The translations under genes and the position numbers were made by a program. The notes under the pieces are model-generated. The model made no database searches, was not told the DNA's origin, and saw only the letters and a program-made list of their open reading frames with translations. A stretch of 64,000 nt of DNA from Callorhinchus milii (Eukaryota), in assembly GCF_018977255.1 (NCBI RefSeq), contig NW_024704743.1, positions 75,208,001 through 75,272,000 of the forward strand. The letters run 5' to 3'. Below, one piece after another: positions 58,355 through 64,000 of the stretch (position 1 is its first letter; each line of letters begins with the position of its first letter).

Positions 58355-61300
58355 CTAATACTATACTTCATTTCTCTTCCAATCAGTCAATGGATTAGCC
58401 AGCCATTAAGCCAGCCAAGTTATTTCTGGATGAAGGAGCCTTTGTTGGTACCTCAGTGAGCTGGAGCAGGAAGCCGGACATGGATTTCTTTAGCATGTAA
58501 AAGTGATTTCCTAGATTTGATAGATCAGATGGTATAAAATCCAAATAAGTAAGGAAAAAGATCCCAAGTTTCAAAAGGTCTCGAGGAATAGCTGAGGCAT
58601 TCTGTACCATCTGCTCAGTTAATAGTTTTGCGGTCATTCATGAGGTGGATGCACTTGAGGTGGAAAACTGAAGTCTTGACATTGTGTGTAGGACCAGAAG
58701 GCATCTAGCTGATCCCAAAATAAAAATCGCTCTACTCCCCTTCATAGATTTCATTATTAATAATAATCCTTTCATTTGATGTAGCACCTTGTCACATTGT
58801 CAAGACATCAACTGTAGAGCTAGTTCATTTCCTCTTGAACTTAGTGCCTTCCCTGGATATCTACTCCATGTTTGCCACTATAGGAACATATGTGTGAATA
58901 TATTGATTCTTGAGCAGATTCATGACTAGACCCAGTCTAGTGACAAGGTAATGCTGAGGAGATGCTCAAAAATAAATACTAGTTAGCTGTGTGTGTGCCA
59001 TCTCCTTTCTTTGCTATTTTAAGTTCAGATCTTGTGGATGTTACATAGGTGTGATGTGATGGGCCGGAGTGATAGTTGTGTCATTGAGTGTTCAGATATA
59101 TTTTTGAATAGCACTCATGGACATAAAACTTTCTATGTTTAATGTCAGATGATTAAGGAGCATCGATCAACCTAAGCCAAAGCAAACCAAATATCTTGGG
59201 GTCAGAGTCCTGGATATCATACCTTCTTGGTGATTAATTGCTAGATACCAGTAAGAAACTAAGGCCAAATTGCAAGGCAATTCTGGTTAAGGATGCATCA
59301 GTATTGGAGTGTTATTGATTTTTTTTTTACTTGAGTGCAGTATGTGTTCCCGGGCTTGAAATGACTCGTCTCCTCTCGTGCTAGCAAGGAGATGGCGTAG
59401 ATATCTCAGCCCACGTTCTGCCATCTCTTGACCTGATTTGAGTCAGTCTAAATGATGGGAGTGGCCTTTTCTTTTCCCACAAAATGACGACTGTTCAAAA
59501 TCATCCCTAATAACGGAAATACATTAATTAGTTTGTGAGCTACTCGCTCTTAACTGCTTCAAATTCATACAAATAATTAAATCCATTCACAGATCATCTG
59601 TATTTTATGTATACAAATAATAGGATAAACTGCTGTCTCAGAGAAAAAGAGGTAGCCCAAGGCATTGAGAAGCAGGCAAAGAACATACATTTATACTAAT
59701 GTCAAATAATAATAATAAACATCTGAAACATGACCATCACAACTTGGTATGTGGAGATTGAATGAACATTCACTTAGACATTTTTATACAGGTGCTGATT
59801 AAAACTAAAGTACCAGTAATTTACATTAAACATTTGTAAAATTTCCATACAGAAAAAGTGGATGTTTGCAGCAGCATTCGCTACCAGCAGCTCAGTCACA
59901 GGATCCCTGCACTGAAGTCCTTGATTTAGATTGGGGATTCCTGCGAGTTGGCTATGATGTACTTACTGTCTTATTGAGCACAATCTCAATTTAGGGACTG
60001 AATTATCAGTGAATCCTCTTGTGAACCATTGCTTTTTCAACGCTAATAGTAAATTATGTCATTTGGCAGGACTGTCACCTCAATACAATTTTACATCTAA
60101 AGTGCTTTTCACGTTGAGAGGATGTCATAAAGCACTTGACAATGATGGTTGGGCTCTGGGGGTGGGGAAAGATGTCTGAAAACAGAATCTTGAGACGGAC
60201 TTTGAACAAGGTGAGGAAGTGAGTCAAAGGGTTTTTGGGATAGAGTTGCAGAGAGCGGGTGAGAATATTGTGGATTTGAGAGCCACACAACCAGGATTTA
60301 TAATGTAAGGAATCTCTACTTCCTTAATAGATAAAAAATATTGTGGAAGACATTAAACAGACGTCCTATCCGTTTTGTGGTTCAAGTGGAAACCATAACA
60401 CTCTTCAAAAATACGAGTGTTCTGAACAATATTTTCCCTTATCCAAGTTGAAAGGCAATATATTAATGGTGCCTGAAGTAAATCACAGTCTATGGGATAC
60501 AACAATCACTGCATTTCAAATTAAGATTGTGTGAAACACAAAGATTTTGGTGCAATAAAGGCACAATATCAAATGCAAATATTGCCAAAGCGGGAAAGAA
60601 CTAAAGCTAGGACATTGTCACTTTTAGATATTTTTGAGCGATAGTGACATTATATTCTTTTCCAGATACTCATTGGTTTCCCAAGTTTTATTTTTAGAGA
60701 TAGGAATTTAGTTCTGTCAATTGAATATATAAAACCGCAATGCAATATGAATATTTTAAAAATTTGTAGGACTTCAAAAAAACTTAAAACATTTTAGTTT
60801 ATTTACATGTTGAAACTGAAGCCAACTAATAGCCTATGGATGCTACATATAAATGGAAGCATTTCACGTTTGCAGAAAACATCTGTCATTGGAATGTACA
60901 ACACACAAGATCATTTCTAAGAATAGAAATTGCAAACAATACATTGTAATGAATCAGTGCAGCTACAAGTTTTTTTAAAAAAAAAATGAACAGTGGCATG
61001 AATTTTCCACAAACAATATGAAGCAATACCAACTTGGTTTACATTACACATTGGTGAAGCAAAGTCAAATGATGGTTTGAAAGCAGCAGAATGTTGGCAA
61101 CTACCTCTTCCTGATGCACATATTAAGCAGGTACAACAGTTAAACAAATTTGGACTTTTTTTTCCCCAAAAAACAATACGACATTAGTGTTACATGCATA
61201 CTGCTGAAGTAAATAATTCCAAATTTGCTACTATATAGTAAGCGTCGATTCTGGTCACCAGCCTCGGAAAAATAGTACAACACGACTGCTGAAATACCAA

Positions 61301-62300
61301 AATACGGTGCATACATAGACAAGAGCTTTGCATTTACAAGTTCATTTGTTTAAGCTTTTACTAGTTCCTCAAATGCATTAATTGTAAAAGACACAAAAAT
61401 GGATACAGTACTAAAATATACTAGAATTTATATAATCTTACAATTACTGCATTTCTGAAACTGAACTCCAAACTTAGATCGTTATCTGACCACCAACCAA
61501 ATACAGGATTGGTTGTGCAAGTAAAAAAAATGTAAGTGCAGAATAGCATTGCCAATAGCTAATTCTGAAACTATTTGCATGCCTGGCTTTTGAAGCTCTT
61601 GAAATTAAAATTAAATTCTAAAACAGTTCTAAATAATGGGAATATTTGATAGACATTTGGATATCGTGAATCAGTAACTCTTGCACTGTTGCTCATAATT
61701 ACACTTTGCTGGGCAAGACATACTGTTCAAAGGTATATCCATATATTCCAACAGGAAAATGTACGCTAAAATATTTTTCTATTCAATAGATAATTTGACT
61801 TAGGTGGGGGGGGTCATGATATAATTATTTACATTACATTCAGGACACATGAATAAATAGAGGAAGCATACCACATTTATATTACAATGTGATTTAAATA
61901 TTTATAAAGTTTAAATTCTATAGGAATATTGCATAGAAAAAAAACAGATCTTCAGTCATTCTAAAAGAAGAAACAAATGACAAAAATGTAAATGAGCTCC
62001 ATTACATCAAGCTCCATTTTATCTTGAACCTTGACAACACCATCTTGGTTTCATCAAAGGTAAAGCTGACCTTAAAACGGAAAATAATCTTATTAGTGAT
62101 TAGTTAACAGAAATAAGGCCATTGAAAAAGAGTTGATTGTAAAATGAAGCTCATTGAAGATTATAGGAGGTGTCCACTTGGGATAAGTTTGTCCAGTAGT
62201 ATTCCATTCAGCACAGGATACACTGTAGACCTGAAAAACAGCTCCTGGTTTACAGGAAGTCAGTAAGGTATGATGGCACGTGATGTTGACAGAGTGGCAG

Positions 62301-62461
62301 CTATCTATGGCCACCATACTTAGTTGCCCAATCAGTCCTTCCATGCACTGATTGAATGGGTGGTGGACGAGCTAGGAGACCAGCAGAATTTTTGGTAGCT
62401 GGATTATAGCTGGGCCCTGGTAACTGGGATCGGGTTGGTTTGGTTTTCCAAGCATCATAGT
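62301..62461 (-). CDS. MAK: Male germ cell-associated kinase, last coding exon (rest of gene beyond the right edge)
   Basis: Acceptor ttttgtgtag| at 62461, then ..YDAWKTKPTRSQLPGPSYNPATKNSAGLLARPPPIQSVHGRTDWATKYGGHR*. This is the VHGRTDWxxKYGGHR C-terminus of MAK/ICK, and synteny with TMEM14C/PAK1IP1 favours MAK. AT-rich 3' UTR with minus-strand AATAAA at 60798-60803 and 60687-60692. Confidence 0.9.
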
Positions 62462-63021
62462 CTACACAAAAGAAAAGTTAAGAGTAAATACTCTATTTTC
62501 CTTACATTCAGACTCCCCATCACTTCATACTATTGATTTATATTTACTAAATCATGCAATTCATTTTCAGAAATGTATTCAATAGAATTAGAATCAATAT
62601 TATACGTCCAATACTGCAGAATCAATAATAGTGCTATGTTGTTTTAGAATTTATGTGCACTTGAGCAGGAACATTTGGAAATCAATATGAAGGGATGTGT
62701 GGCAGGGAATTTTACCAAGCACAATGATCCTTTCTTTTAGCACTCAGTTTTAGGTAGTATATGTTTCTTCTGAATAGACACAAACCTGAAAGATTTTTCT
62801 TGTCCTATTATTGAAAAGGAATTTTTAATAAATCAAATTTTTTTTTTTTTTTCTGTCATTTGCACTCTTCAATACTGCAAATAGTTGAGCATATGTGTGA
62901 TTGTTTTAATTCTCTGAATGTAGTAGTTCAGCCTCCACGTGGATGAAGACTCCATTGGGGAAAAGAGTTCAGTAGCTAATACAAGCCATTTCCAGTCGTC
63001 TTCCCAAAGCCCAATCATATT

Positions 63022-63366
63022 ATAATAAAATAATAATCCTTGTATTGGATATAGCGCCTTATCACATCTTCTAGACGCCTCAAAGCACTTCACAGATTTT
63101 ACAGAGTAAATTGACTGTATATTTTGTGGGCGAAATGCAGCAGCCAATGCTCACAGCAGTGTCCCACAAACAGTTGTGGATTAAATGATCAAATTATAAC
63201 TTTTTAAGGGAGTATTATCCCCGTAAATGCGGTTCCTACTTACTGCTCGGTAAACAGTGTCGTGTGGAGTAAGGAAACTTGCGCAACGTTTCAACCGGCC
63301 CAGGAATCAAACCCAGGTCCTCTCGCTTGCAAGGCGAGTGCTCTAACCACTAAGCTACAGGACTCC
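63022..63366 (-). mobile_element. tRNA-SINE, long variant
   Basis: Inverted GGAGTCCTGTAGCTTAGTGGTTAGAGCA head, body and tail. Confidence 0.85.
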
Positions 63367-63667
63367 ATAATATTAAAAAGGGTCTCTGAATCATACCCTA
63401 GGTTTTGACCAGAGAAGGGAACACAACTGATGAGTTAAACAGTGAAGCAAATTTAAATAGATAAATGATGAGGTCCAGGGTACATCAGCCCAAATGACCA
63501 ATAAGAGAGAACTTTCAATCTAGAGATTAAATTATACTCAAATAATGACCCAAGCAATTTATCTTCCTTGAACATCTGTATACATTATTATACCAAACCA
63601 TTATCATTTAAGGAAGATAGTCAGAGGAGTTTCTTCACTCAGGGTTAGCATGTGGAATTCATCATTC

Positions 63668-64000
63668 CAGATGAGAGCTAACTTTCTTCAGTTGAAAATC
63701 AATAAGACTGACGCCCTCCTGATTGGCTCCTGTCAGCACCTCCACAGCTCAGGCGCTGACAGCATTACCATCCAAGGATGCACACTCCACCTTACTAAGC
63801 CAGTCCAGAACCTTGGCATCTTGTTTGACCCTCAACTATCCTTTCTACCCCACATCCGATCCATGCCTTGCAAGTGAGAGACCTGAGTTCAATTCCAGGC
63901 AGAGGGCGAAACCTTGGGCAAGTTTCCTTACTCCACACAGAGCCTAATAATAATCCCTCCAAAACCAAAACAATAATAAATTGGTCATTTTCAATCTATG
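63668..64000 (+). mobile_element. L2 fragment followed by a 5'-truncated tRNA-SINE (from about 63863)
   Basis: [28 protein letters not shown], then SINE sequence matching 48405 onward. Confidence 0.8.

Noticed and set aside
57153..60680. Second TMEM14 copy (TMEM14B) between TMEM14C and MAK
   Set aside because: No TMEM14-like exons were found; a single copy is the expected non-primate state.

Overview
Vertebrate genomic DNA. The repeat content (Deu-domain SINEs, abundant L2/CR1, LF-SINE-like relics) suggests a cartilaginous fish, which is an inference. The window holds the conserved block TRNAU1AP-like (C6orf52 position, minus strand) / PAK1IP1 (+) / TMEM14C (+) / MAK last exon (minus), with exons read from splice signals and reading frames. 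The main discovery is a 7.7-kb decayed, env-less endogenous retrovirus of the spumavirus-related (foamy-like) type, inserted in sense orientation in intron 4 of the TRNAU1AP-like gene (25986-33686). It has two TG..CA LTRs, a near-perfect 4-bp target-site duplication, a tRNA-Lys primer-binding site, a polypurine tract, foamy-like Gag, a YVDD reverse transcriptase with tether and RNase H, and a foamy-type integrase C-terminus split by a nested L2 fragment. Also notable: a full-length two-RRM SECp43 paralogue using a GC-AG intron, a bidirectional CpG-island promoter, a tandem array of NRF1-like sites in front of TMEM14C, and three G/C-skewed intronic tandem arrays. Protein comparisons are from memory of known family motifs, not from database searches. 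Boundaries of interspersed repeats are approximate.
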